64,000 bases of DNA, taken from assembly GCA_965279375.1 (NCBI GenBank), contig OZ257156.1:992001-1056000 (forward strand), given 5' to 3'. A program made the position numbers and the translations under genes. Shown here piece by piece: positions 31,010-40,997 of the stretch (positions within the stretch are counted from its first letter, which is position 1; each line of letters begins with the position of its first letter). Source of the DNA: Gemmatimonas sp. (GTDB lineage: Bacteria > Gemmatimonadota > Gemmatimonadetes > Gemmatimonadales > Gemmatimonadaceae). The notes under the pieces are model-generated. The model did no database searches. It saw only the letters and a list, made by a program, of their open reading frames with translations, and was not told the DNA's origin.

Positions 31010-32359
31010 ATGCCGATGCGTCGTCGCCCACACTTCCGCCTGCCGTCGTGCATGCTCGTGCTCGCAGTCGCCTCGTGCCTCGCGAGCAGCACGCTCGGCG
31101 CGCAAGCCGCGCCATCCGCCGCGCGCCAGCGCTGGGATCGGCAGTGCCAGATCCGCCGCGACAAATTCGATCGCATCCTCCCATCGGCGCTGCGCGACAA
31201 CGGCATCGACATGTGGATCGTGATGCAGAAGGAGAACACCTTCGATCCGATGTACGAGGATCTGGGGCGCGGCTACGTGGGCAGCGTGGGCTACTACATC
31301 TTCACCGACCGCGGCGGGGATCGTATCGAGCGCGCGGCCATCGGCGTCTCCGGCTACCTGCTGGAAGCGTGCAAGGTCTACGACATCGTGCGTGGCTTCT
31401 CTCCGCTTCGCGCGTTCATCGCCGAACGCAATCCCAAGCGCATCGGCATCAACATGTCCGAGGAAGTGGGCGCGGCGGATGGCTTGAGCAAGACGTCGTA
31501 CGATCGGCTGGTGAAGGAGATCGGTCCCGAGTTCGCGAGTCGCCTCGTCTCCTCCGAAAAGCTCGTCTCCGACTATCGGAGCGGCTTCCCTGCCTCGCAG
31601 ATCGTCGCGCTCGGCGAAGCGGGCGAACTCTCGCGCAGCATCGCGGAACGTGCGCTGTCCAATGAAGTCATCACGCCGGGCGTCACCGCACTGGAAGACG
31701 TGGCGTGGTGGATGATGGACCAGCTGCAGATGCGCGCACTCGGCTCATCGTTCGACATGCCGTCGGTGTACATCACGGGACCGCGCGGCATCGAGGCCAC
31801 CAGCAACGAGCGCATCATTCAACGCGGCGACTTGCTGATCATCGATTGGGGCGTTGGCTATCTCAACACGTGGACCGACGTCAAGCGCATGGCCTACGTG
31901 CTCAAGCCCGGTGAGACGGCCGCTCCCAAGGGCATTCAGGCGGCGTTCGACAACGCACTCAAGGTGCGCGAGATCATCCATCGCACGATCAAGCCGGGTG
32001 GCACGGCCGCAGCGATGCTCGAGCAGCTGCGTGGCGAGATCGTGAAGGGCGGCTTCCGTATGCAGGACACGTTCAACGAAGTGACGAACGACGGCAAAGT
32101 CGAAGTGATGATCGGCTGTCACTCGGTGGGCGATCGCGGCCACGGCAGCGGCCCATCGATCGCGGCGTTCAATCCACGCCAGCTCACGTTCCCGATCAAG
32201 GCGTTCAACCCCTTCTCCATCGAGCTGTTCGCCTGGACGCCAGCCCCCGAGTGGAACGGCGCCAAAGTGCGCATCCCGCTCGAGGACGACGCCATCGTCA
32301 CGTCTCGCGGGGTGGAGTGGCTCTACCCCGTCAATTCGCGCATCCTGCTGGTGCGTTGA
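31010..32359 (+). CDS. Secreted M24 family (Xaa-Pro-like) metallopeptidase
   Basis: IDWGV...TDVKRMAY, CHSVG..GHGSGP, SIE, LEDD. Signal peptide. Start uncertain (30989-31052). Confidence 0.88.
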   Translation: MPMRRRPHFRLPSCMLVLAVASCLASSTLGAQAAPSAARQRWDRQCQIRRDKFDRILPSALRDNGIDMWIVMQKENTFDPMYEDLGRGYVGSVGYYIFTDRGGDRIERAAIGVSGYLLEACKVYDIVRGFSPLRAFIAERNPKRIGINMSEEVGAADGLSKTSYDRLVKEIGPEFASRLVSSEKLVSDYRSGFPASQIVALGEAGELSRSIAERALSNEVITPGVTALEDVAWWMMDQLQMRALGSSFDMPSVYITGPRGIEATSNERIIQRGDLLIIDWGVGYLNTWTDVKRMAYVLKPGETAAPKGIQAAFDNALKVREIIHRTIKPGGTAAAMLEQLRGEIVKGGFRMQDTFNEVTNDGKVEVMIGCHSVGDRGHGSGPSIAAFNPRQLTFPIKAFNPFSIELFAWTPAPEWNGAKVRIPLEDDAIVTSRGVEWLYPVNSRILLVR

Positions 32360-32384
32360 TGCCGTCTCTCGCACGAAGCTGCGC

Positions 32385-32771
32385 GTGAACCCGATCGAAC
32401 TCGCAATTCGCGCAGCACGCACAGCGTCCAATCAGGCCATCGCTGCACGCGATGCGGATCTGGTGGTGACGTACATGTTGGCCGACGTCACGGTCGCAGT
32501 CGCCGGTGGCCCCGTGCTCAAGGGCCACTCGGCGTCGCGAGACGCATTCGCTGAACAATTCGCTGATCGCAGCTTTGCGGGCTACGTGCGCGACCCGCAG
32601 TCAGTCGTGGTGCAGGATCCGCCGACGCGTGCGACCGAACACGGACGCTGGACGGGTCGGTGGCGCACCGGGCTGCGCGAACAGCTGATGCAGGGGGAGT
32701 ATGACGCCGAGTGGCGGTTGACGGATATGGGATGGCGTATCGCGTCTGAGGTGTATCGGTCGAGCCGTTAG
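32385..32771 (+). CDS. NTF2/SnoaL-like (DUF4440-type) protein
   Basis: SNQAIAARDAD...ATEHGRWTGRW...GEYDAEWR...WRIASE. Confidence 0.8.
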   Translation: MNPIELAIRAARTASNQAIAARDADLVVTYMLADVTVAVAGGPVLKGHSASRDAFAEQFADRSFAGYVRDPQSVVVQDPPTRATEHGRWTGRWRTGLREQLMQGEYDAEWRLTDMGWRIASEVYRSSR

Positions 32772-32785
32772 GCGGCGGGGGTCAC

Positions 32786-33247
32786 GTGCGTTTGTTGTTC
32801 GACACGCTGCTGCGGTTGCTCTTCCCCACATGGGCGTTCTTCGATGTGTCAGGCGCACCGCCGTCACTCGAGGTGCGTCGAATTGTCGCACCCGATGCGG
32901 CCGGCGCGTGGGAGCCTGTCGTGCGTGCATCGCCGCGTCGTTGGTGGCATCTGTTCTACAATCCCGCCGGCACGTATACGCTCGCTGCGCAGACACTCGT
33001 GGAGCGGCTCTACACGGAATTGCGGGACGCTGAGGGCCGCCCGGTTGGTGCTGACGCCGCCGCTGCAGAGTCGCGAATGGCCGAAACGGAGGCGCTGGTA
33101 GCGAACCTCGCTGAATCGGTTCTGCTGGCGTCGTGGCGAGAAGACGCGCGCGCAAGCGGCAGCGCGAAGGCAACGTGGCAATGGCGCATCGTCGTGCGCG
33201 ACGGTGCTGACGATGCCGAGTGGTACCTCGGCGCCGTGCAGCGCTGA
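32786..33247 (+). CDS. Hypothetical protein, SdpA/DUF5819-like partner of an HTTM protein
   Basis: LFPTWAFF and WWHLFYNP motifs. Stop overlaps the next start (TGATG). Confidence 0.6.
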   Translation: MRLLFDTLLRLLFPTWAFFDVSGAPPSLEVRRIVAPDAAGAWEPVVRASPRRWWHLFYNPAGTYTLAAQTLVERLYTELRDAEGRPVGADAAAAESRMAETEALVANLAESVLLASWREDARASGSAKATWQWRIVVRDGADDAEWYLGAVQR

Positions 33248-34032
33248 TGGTCGAGTTGGCGCTCCCGGCAGTGCTCGCGATCGCGACGCAATGGAGCGCG
33301 CGGATCGCTGCCGTCGCCGTCGCCGTTAACGCAATTGAGATGTTGTCGTTGCGTAGTGCGTTCGGAGTGCGCGGCGTCTGGCGTGACGAAACACTGTCGG
33401 CATCGTGGGGAGTATTTGGCGCGGTGCTGCGTGCCGAAAGGTTTCGTCTGCTGCTGGCGGGGCAGCTGCTCGCGGCGGTTGGACTTCTTGCGCTTGCCGG
33501 CACGCGTGCGGGTGGTGTGTGTGCCGTGTTGTGTGGGATTAGTACCGTGCTGTGCGCGATGCGCTTTCGCGGCACGGTGAATGGCGGCAGCGATGGGATG
33601 CTCTTCACGGTGCTCGTCGGACTATCGCTCACGCAGCTCGCGCCCGAAGGCTCCATGGTGGGTGAGGCGGGCATGCTCTATGTCGGCGCGCAGCTCGCCC
33701 TGTCGTACCTGCGCGCAGGATGGGTGAAACTGCGCGAGCTGGGGTGGTGGAATGGGCGCTCCATGGCGGCGTTCCTTTCGCTGCCCGCCTATGGCACACC
33801 GATGTGGGTGCCGAGGCAGCGCCGTGTGCTGCAGCTCGCTGGGATGGGAGTGGTTCTGTTTGAGTGCCTGGCGCCCTTCGCGCTGCAGAGCCCGCGTTCC
33901 AGTGTGCTCTTCATCGGCTTTGCGCTGTGCTTCCATGCCGCCGTCGCGGTGGTCTTCGGCCTCAACCGGTTCCTGCTGGCGTGGGGGGCGGCGCTCCCGA
34001 CGCTCTGGTACCTGGCGCACCGGGTGGGATGA
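33247..34032 (+). CDS. HTTM-domain membrane protein (SdpB / vitamin K-dependent carboxylase-like)
   Basis: NGGSD, QLALSYLRAGWVKL...WWNG, LFECLAP, CFHAAVAVVFGLNRF. Multiple TM helices. Confidence 0.8.
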   Translation: MVELALPAVLAIATQWSARIAAVAVAVNAIEMLSLRSAFGVRGVWRDETLSASWGVFGAVLRAERFRLLLAGQLLAAVGLLALAGTRAGGVCAVLCGISTVLCAMRFRGTVNGGSDGMLFTVLVGLSLTQLAPEGSMVGEAGMLYVGAQLALSYLRAGWVKLRELGWWNGRSMAAFLSLPAYGTPMWVPRQRRVLQLAGMGVVLFECLAPFALQSPRSSVLFIGFALCFHAAVAVVFGLNRFLLAWGAALPTLWYLAHRVG

Positions 34033-34189
34033 GTCGGCCCGCGCCGTCCACCGGCGCAGTCCAACTGCGATGTCGATCTCGCGCCAAACGTCATCGGGAC
34101 GCATCGTTCTGAGCCACAGTGCTGTTGATCGCAGCTTCGCTTCCCTCCCCAGCACCTCCTCCGCACCTCCTCCCGCCGGAGTCCAGCCG

Positions 34190-35155
34190 ATGTCTGCCTC
34201 GCCATCCTTGCGTCCATCCCTCGCTCGTGCGCTGCCAGTCGCGGGCACGTTGCTCGCACAGGCGCTGCTCGCTGCCGCGCTCGTTACTCCGCTTCAGGCG
34301 CAGAACGCGCCCGCACCAGCAGGGCGCAACATGGGTGGCGGCAACTGCGCCAACAACGCGTACAACTGCGCCGATGCGACCAATCCACTGCCGACAGCCA
34401 ACACGGTGTGGCTGGAAGAGATGACGTGGATGGATGTGCGCGATGCGATGAAGGCGGGCAAGAAGACGGTGATCATCCCCACGGGCGGCATCGAGCCGAA
34501 TGGACCGTGGCTCGTGCTCGGCAAGCACAACTACGTGTTGCACACGAACTGCGAAGCGATTGCCCGCAAGATGGGCAACGCGCTGTGCGCGCCGATCGTG
34601 AAGTTCGTGCCGGAAGGCGGATTCGAGCCGCCCACTGGGCACATGGCCTCGCCGGGCACGCTCACGTTGCGCGAGGCGACGTTCCGCTCCCTGCTGACGG
34701 ATCTGTTGGCGAGCCTCAAGGCGCACGGCTTCGAAACGATGATCCTCATCGGCGACAGCGGCGGCAATCAGGGCGGACAGCGCGCCGTGGCCGATTCGCT
34801 CACAAAGTCGTGGGGCGGAGCGCCGATCGTCGCACACATCCAGGAGTACTACGACTACGCCAGCGCAGCGGCCTACATGAAGGAGCATGGCATTGTCGAT
34901 GGCGCTGCGGAGAATCTGCACGACGATCCAATCATCTCGCTCAACATGTTCATCGACGATCCACGCTCGATTCGCTACGATGAACGGGTGAAGACGGGCA
35001 AGGCGAGCATCAACGGCGTCTCCCTGGCCGACAAGAAGAAGAACACCGAGCTGGCCAAGCAGATCGTCGAGTTCCGCGCCAGCACCACGGTGGAAGCCAT
35101 CAAGAAGGCGATTGCCAACAAGGGCACGTTGCCGGCGCCGCCGCGCCGTCCCTGA
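34190..35155 (+). CDS. Secreted creatininase-family amidohydrolase
   Basis: EEMTWMDV, PTGGIEPNGPWL..GKHN, PGTLTL, IGDSGGNQ, LHDD. Signal peptide ending LQA|Q. Confidence 0.88.
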   Translation: MSASPSLRPSLARALPVAGTLLAQALLAAALVTPLQAQNAPAPAGRNMGGGNCANNAYNCADATNPLPTANTVWLEEMTWMDVRDAMKAGKKTVIIPTGGIEPNGPWLVLGKHNYVLHTNCEAIARKMGNALCAPIVKFVPEGGFEPPTGHMASPGTLTLREATFRSLLTDLLASLKAHGFETMILIGDSGGNQGGQRAVADSLTKSWGGAPIVAHIQEYYDYASAAAYMKEHGIVDGAAENLHDDPIISLNMFIDDPRSIRYDERVKTGKASINGVSLADKKKNTELAKQIVEFRASTTVEAIKKAIANKGTLPAPPRRP

Positions 35156-35203
35156 GCACGTCGCGAATCCAACGCTTTTCATTTACGCAAGCACTCGTCA
35201 CTC

Positions 35204-35593
35204 ATGCGCATTTCCCTCAGCAGCATCACGGTCACCGATCAGGAAGCGGCGCTCATCTTCTACACGGATGTGCTGGGCTTCGAGAAGTGCAACGACATTC
35301 CGATGGGCAAGTACCGCTGGCTCACGGTGACCTCGCCAGAGGGTGTGGATGGTGTGGAACTGGTGCTCGAGCCACTCGGCTTTCCGCCGTCGCGCGAGTA
35401 CCAGAAAGCGCTGTACGACGCGGGCATTCCGGCCACGGCGTTTCTGACCTCCGATATCGCGGCCGAGTACGCACGGCTGACGATGTTGGGTGTGAATTTT
35501 CGCAGTGCGCCGATCGAAATGGGTCCGATCACGACTGCGATCTTCGACGATACGTGCGGGAATCTCATCAACCTCGTCCAACCGTCCGTCTGA
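35204..35593 (+). CDS. VOC/glyoxalase family protein
   Basis: VTDQEAALIFYTDVLGF, RWLTVTSP, FDDTCGNLINL. Confidence 0.92.
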   Translation: MRISLSSITVTDQEAALIFYTDVLGFEKCNDIPMGKYRWLTVTSPEGVDGVELVLEPLGFPPSREYQKALYDAGIPATAFLTSDIAAEYARLTMLGVNFRSAPIEMGPITTAIFDDTCGNLINLVQPSV

Positions 35594-35613
35594 TTTCCCG
35601 CTACTCGCGCGCC

Positions 35614-38348
35614 ATGAGCGCGCTCCGAATGACGCGCGTGCACTCCGCAGTAGTGGTAATGGTCGCCGCAGCTTTGAAGGCGACGATCCTCGCGGTCGCG
35701 GTGTCGGCTGGCGCATACGCGCAGTCGGCACCGCGCGCAGGCGCGACGGATGACGCCTCGCGCGCCGCGCCTTCGCTGCGCGCCGCGTGGGTGACGACTG
35801 CACCACGCATTGATGGCAAGCTCGATGACGCCGCATGGCGCACGGCGGATGTCGCAACGGACTTCGTGCAGCGCGTGCCAGTGGGCGGCGCCGCAGCTTC
35901 GCAACGCAGCGAAGTGCGCGTGGTGTACGACGAGGCCGCGATTTACGTTGGCGTGCGCAACTGGGATACGGCCCCGGACTCCATCGCGCGTCAACTTGGA
36001 CGACGCGATCCCTTCGACATCTTCTCCGACTGGTTTGTCGTCGGCTTCGACAGCTACGGCGATCGCCGAACGGGCTTCATCTTCGGTGTGTCGCCGCGCG
36101 GCGTCTTGCGGGATTCTTACATCTCCAACGACGGCGATGAAGACGATTCCTGGGACGCGGTGTGGAATGTCGTCGCGCAGATCGACAGCGCTGGGTGGAC
36201 GGCAGAGCTCCGCATTCCGCTCTCACAGTTACGGTATGACGTGAAGGGAAGCGTGGGCGCCGTTCGTCCATGGGGGATCAACTTCGCGCGCGAAATCGCG
36301 CGGCACGGCGAGGAGTCGCTGTGGGCACCGACGCCGGCCAACGCGCCGGGCATCATCTCCCGCTTCGGCACGCTCACCGGTCTCGATTCATTGCGTGCGC
36401 CGTCGCGAGCGGAGCTGTTGCCCTATGTGCGTACGCAGCTCGAAGCGCAGCCGTCGAGCGCTCAGAATCGCTTCGTGCCTGCGCGCCAAGGCGCGGTTGC
36501 GGCCGGTGCTGATCTGCGCGTGAAGCTTCCGCAGTCGATGACGCTGACGGCCACACTCAATCCGGATTTCGGTCAGGTCGAGGCCGATCCCGCCGTCGTG
36601 AATCTCTCCGCGTTCGAGATCTTCTTTCAGGAACGCCGTCCATTCTTTCTCGAGAACGCCGATGCATTCTCGTTCGGTCGGACGCGCACCAGCAACGACA
36701 ATGATCCACCCACGTTCTTCTACAGCCGGCGTATCGGTCGTGCACCGCAGCGCGCACCTGTAGGCAGTGATCTCGAAGCGGTTGGCATCGCCTCGCGCAC
36801 ACCGATCGCCGGAGCGCTCAAACTCTCAGGGACGACGCCGTCTGGGTGGCAGATCGGACTGCTCAACGCGCTGACGCCGCGCGAGTACGCCGATGTACAG
36901 CGTGCCGGCGATCGCATCAGCCGCGAGCCGGTGGAACCGCGCACCAACTACAACGTGACGCGCGTGCGTCGCTTGTTGCGTGGCGGAAACACAGGCATCG
37001 GCGTGTTTCTCGCCGATACTCGCCGAACGCTCAGCGATTCCCTGCTGTCGGCCCGCCTCGCATCATCGGCAACGATTTCAGGATTGGATTGGGAGCACGC
37101 CTGGCAGCGCCGCACGTGGACGGTGAGCGGTGTCTACGCACAGAGTACGGTCCGCGGAGCGCGTGGAGTGATCACGCGTTGCAGCGCGCGCCGTATCGCA
37201 GCTTCCAGCGCCCGGACGCGGACCATCTCTCGCTCGATTCCGCGCGCACGTCCATTGGCGGCAGCTACGGCGCGTTCTCGCTGGCCAAGACGGCGGGCGA
37301 TCGGCTCATCGCCTCGGTCACGTATGAACAGACATCACCGGGATTCGAGGCGAATGATCTGGGGTTTCAGGTGCGCGGCGACCTACGCTCAGTTTCTACG
37401 GCCGTCCAGTATCGCAACCCGACGCTCTCGTCGTGGGCGCGCGAATGGTCGGCGTCGCTCTACTCCACGATCAGCGACAACTTCGGTGGCGATCGCATCG
37501 AGGAGCGGGTCTCGTGGTTCGGCAACGTGACGCTACTCAACTTCTGGGAGCTGGGCACGTTCGGCTCGTTGTCGCCACAGGTGATCAACGATCGCCTGCT
37601 GCGTGGTGGCCCATTGGCGCAACGCCCGACGGCGTTTCGTCAGCAGTTCAGCATCGAGAGCGACTATCGAAAACCACTGTCGGTGAGCGTGGACGCGTTG
37701 GTTGGGTCGGACGCGAGCGGTTTTCGTTCGCGCAACATCGGTCTGTCGGTCGAATGGCGTCCACTCTCGCAGGCGCGCCTGCGGCTTGGTCCGTCGGTGC
37801 AGTCGGCGCACAGCACCGATCAGTACATCGATGCCATCGCCGATCCGCTGGCGACGATGACGTATGGGCGGCGCTACGTTTTTGCCAACGTGCGCCAACG
37901 CGAAGTGCGCCTCGACACGCGCATCGACTGGACGTTCTCGCCGTGGCTTTCCCTGCAAGTGTTCCTGCAGCCCTTTGCCTCTGCCGGCGAGTTCACACGC
38001 TTCAAGGAGTTCACCACGCCGCGCCGGTTTGCGTTCGCGGAGTATGGCGTGGATGCGGGCACGATCGCGAATACGCCCAACGGCTTTGTGGTGGATCCGG
38101 ACGGCGCGGGACGCGCGCAGCCGTTCGCCGTCGCGACGCAGGATTTCACCGTCCGCGCGCTGCGCGGTAACGCGGTGCTGCGCTGGGAGTACAGCCCGGG
38201 TTCGTCGCTGTTTCTGGTCTGGTCACAGCAGCGGGAACAGGCGCTCGACGATGCGCAATTCGACGTGGGCCGTCAACTGGGTCGCGCGTTCGCGGATCCC
38301 GGACAGCACGTGTTCCTGATCAAGTTCTCGCGGTGGATCGGGCGGTAG
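35614..38348 (+). pseudogene. CBM9-like/DUF5916-type outer-membrane protein, frameshifted near 37176 (pseudogene or sequencing error)
   Basis: N-half in the frame of ORF 35287..37530 (PRIDGKLDD, WTAELRIP, NPDFGQVEAD, ERRPFFLE). C-half in the frame of 36846..38348 (FQRPDA, NDLGF, LRGNAVLRWEY.PGS). The frames join at ATC AC^G CGT TG. Confidence 0.85.
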
Positions 38349-38378
38349 TTTCCGTCCACCGCGCTCAACGTACCGCGC

Positions 38379-39101
38379 TCAACGCATCGACGACGGCTTG
38401 AGTCCCAACGCGCCGTTCAACCAGCGAATGAACGGTGCCATCGCTGCGAAGTGCTTGCCGAGCGTATCGGGCAGCTTCGCGCTCTGAATCTCGTCGTTCG
38501 TGAGCTCGCGTCCTGCGGTGAACGACTGATGCCGGAGCCATGTGCCTGCCGGATGCTCCGGATCGAAGCCACGCGGCATGCGCGTAAGCATCGCCTCGGG
38601 ATCGAGTGCACCGAAGCGCCGCTTGAAGCCGGGGGACAGCACGATCTCCTCGAAGCCTTCCTGATCGTCCGCCAGCGACTGACGAATCTTGTTGAGCGCT
38701 GGGCGCGGCGGCATCCAGATGCCACCGCCGCAGAAGGAGCCCGTGGGCGCCATGTGGAAGTAGAAGCCTGCCCCGCCATGCGCCGCGTCACCACCGACGC
38801 CATGCCCCGCGTCGCGATGAAAGAACCAGCAGGCCACGTGCGTCTTGTACGGCGACTTGTCCTTGGAGAAGCGCACGTCACGATGAATGCGGAACGACGA
38901 CTTCTTGGGCGAGCCGATGATCTCCGGCGTGCTCGTGGCGAGCCGCACGTCCACCTCCTCGATCAGCTGCGCGAGAGGCTGCTTGAGGAACTGCTCGTAC
39001 TCGCCGCGATGCTCCTCGAACCATTCCTTGCGGTTGTTCTTCGTGAGTCCACGCAGGAACGTCATCGCCTTGGGAGAGAAGCCGCCGAACTTGTCGCTCA
39101 T
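38379..39101 (-). CDS. DUF2461 family protein
   Basis: NNRKEWFEEHR, RIHRDVRFSKDKSPYKT, GFYFH, GGGIWMP. Confidence 0.93.
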   Translation of the reverse strand: MSDKFGGFSPKAMTFLRGLTKNNRKEWFEEHRGEYEQFLKQPLAQLIEEVDVRLATSTPEIIGSPKKSSFRIHRDVRFSKDKSPYKTHVACWFFHRDAGHGVGGDAAHGGAGFYFHMAPTGSFCGGGIWMPPRPALNKIRQSLADDQEGFEEIVLSPGFKRRFGALDPEAMLTRMPRGFDPEHPAGTWLRHQSFTAGRELTNDEIQSAKLPDTLGKHFAAMAPFIRWLNGALGLKPSSMR

Positions 39102-39103
39102 CG

Positions 39104-39943
39104 TCAGGCCTTGCTGTCGGCAGGAAACAGGAACTTGAGGAACAACCCTGTGCGCTCGCCCCACGCTCGCTCATCGTGACGAGCACCTTCCGCCTCGAGG
39201 TACTGCAAGTTCACGCCGGGCGTCCACCCTTTGCGAATCAGCATGCGGTGCAACAGCTGCGTGCCCTTGAGCATGCGCGGCTCACCGGTGCCCACGTCCA
39301 GCCAGATCGACAACGCCGGGCGAACCTCGCTGCTCGCCACCAACGATCGCACGATCCATCGATCGTCCCACCACACCGAGGGTGAGAGCAACGCGAGCTT
39401 GCCGAATATCGCTGGATGCGTCAACCCAAGATGCAGTGTGAGGAGCCCGCCAAGGGAACTGCCGGCGAGCCCGGTGTGCTGCGCGCCGCGCTTGGTGCGA
39501 TAGCGATGATCGATGAACGGCTTGATCTCGTAGACGAGCATCTGTCCGTAGCGATCGGCCATACCGCCGGCATCGTGGTTGGAATCGCGCGTGGGCGTGT
39601 ACTCGTCGATGCGATCTCGCCCCGCATTGCCGATGGCCACGATAATGATTGACTCGACGATGCCCGCGTTGATCAGTGCGCGTGCTGTCGTGTCCACGCC
39701 CCACTGCACGCCGAACGGCGACATCGGCAGATCGTCGAACACGTTCTGTCCGTCGTGCAGATACAGCACGGGATACCTGCGATCCGGCTCGTGCTCGTAG
39801 TTCGGCGGCAGACAGACGACGAGATCGTGTGCGTGCGGGACAAATCGCGACCGCACATCGGGAAAATGCTCCAGCGAACCAACGCGCCGTGCTTCGAGCG
39901 GTTGGCTGGCGAGGTCGTCGGGCACTCCGGCGTGTATCGTCAT
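39104..39943 (-). CDS. Alpha/beta hydrolase (putative esterase)
   Basis: YPVLYLHDGQN, GSSLGG nucleophile elbow, DVGTGE, HDERAW. Confidence 0.92.
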   Translation of the reverse strand: MTIHAGVPDDLASQPLEARRVGSLEHFPDVRSRFVPHAHDLVVCLPPNYEHEPDRRYPVLYLHDGQNVFDDLPMSPFGVQWGVDTTARALINAGIVESIIIVAIGNAGRDRIDEYTPTRDSNHDAGGMADRYGQMLVYEIKPFIDHRYRTKRGAQHTGLAGSSLGGLLTLHLGLTHPAIFGKLALLSPSVWWDDRWIVRSLVASSEVRPALSIWLDVGTGEPRMLKGTQLLHRMLIRKGWTPGVNLQYLEAEGARHDERAWGERTGLFLKFLFPADSKA

Positions 39944-40007
39944 CGCGTTCGGAACGTAATCTCCTGCACCACGCAACGCAGAGCCCTGACGATCCTCCGG
40001 CAACGAC

Positions 40008-40997
40008 CTACGACGGCACGACGAGATCCGGCGGCACCTGTCCTGCAACGAACGCGTCGATGTTGGCCAATGCGCGCATTCCCATCGCCGTACGTGTCTC
40101 CATCGTACCGCTCCCCTGGTGCGGGAGCAGCACAACGTTCTCCAGCTCCTTCAGTTCCGCCACCACCGACGGCTCGAACTCGTACACATCGAGCCCGGCG
40201 CCCGCGATACGCCGCTCGCGCAACGTGGCCGCGAGCGCGTACTCATCCACGATGTCACCGCGAGCGGTGTTGATCAGATACGAACTCGCGGGCATCATCG
40301 CCAAACGCTCGGCGTTGATGAGATGGCGCGTATCCGCCGTCGCGGGGCAGTGCAGCGACACCACGTCGGCGCGTGCGAGAAGCTCCTCCACCGAATCGAC
40401 CCGCACCGCACCGGCGGGTCCTGCCGTCGACGGATCATCGATCTTTGGCGTACGTGGCGCGTAGTAGATGATGTGCATGCCAAGTGCGTCCGCCGCACGA
40501 CGCGCGACGGCGCGCCCGATGCGGCCGTAGCCGATGATGCCAAGCGTTTTGCCACGCGGGCTGCGCCCGATCATGTGCGTGGGACGCCAGCCGGACCACG
40601 CACCACTGCGCACATGGCGCTCGCCCTCACCGAGGCGACGCATGCTCATGAGAATGAGCGCCAGCGCAACATCGGCCGTGTCCTCGGTGAGAACGTCCGG
40701 CGTGTTCGTCACCGCGATGCCCGCCTGCGCCATCGCCACGCGATCGATGTGATTGACGCCAACACCAAAGTTGGCGAGCAGCCTCACGCGCACACCGCTG
40801 CCGCTCACGTGCTCCGCACGAATCTTGTCGGTGACAGTGCAGAGCACGATGTCCACCTGACGCATGAGCTGCGTCAGCCCTTCGGTACTGAGCGCGATAT
40901 CCGTGCGATTGAGCCGCACATCGTATCGTTCGGCGACGGCCGCCTCGACCTCCGGCGTCAGCTTGCGCGTGATCGCGACGACCGGGCGATCGCTCAC
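40008..40997 (-). CDS. D-2-hydroxyacid dehydrogenase (glyoxylate/hydroxypyruvate reductase-like)
   Basis: NTPDVLTEDTAD, GIIGYGRIG, LHCP, NTARG, LDVYEFEP, LPHQGS. Overlaps the upstream gene by 4 bp. Confidence 0.93.
   Translation of the reverse strand: MSDRPVVAITRKLTPEVEAAVAERYDVRLNRTDIALSTEGLTQLMRQVDIVLCTVTDKIRAEHVSGSGVRVRLLANFGVGVNHIDRVAMAQAGIAVTNTPDVLTEDTADVALALILMSMRRLGEGERHVRSGAWSGWRPTHMIGRSPRGKTLGIIGYGRIGRAVARRAADALGMHIIYYAPRTPKIDDPSTAGPAGAVRVDSVEELLARADVVSLHCPATADTRHLINAERLAMMPASSYLINTARGDIVDEYALAATLRERRIAGAGLDVYEFEPSVVAELKELENVVLLPHQGSGTMETRTAMGMRALANIDAFVAGQVPPDLVVPS

Noticed and set aside
34029..34112. 27-aa ORF (MSRPAPSTGAVQLRCRSRAKRHRDASF) overlapping the HTTM stop, as a possible precursor peptide
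   Set aside because: No signal or leader, not acidic or toxin-like, and it looks like random intergenic translation.
37165..37190. Programmed ribosomal frameshift
   Set aside because: No slippery heptamer or obvious stimulatory structure. A single indel explains it more simply.
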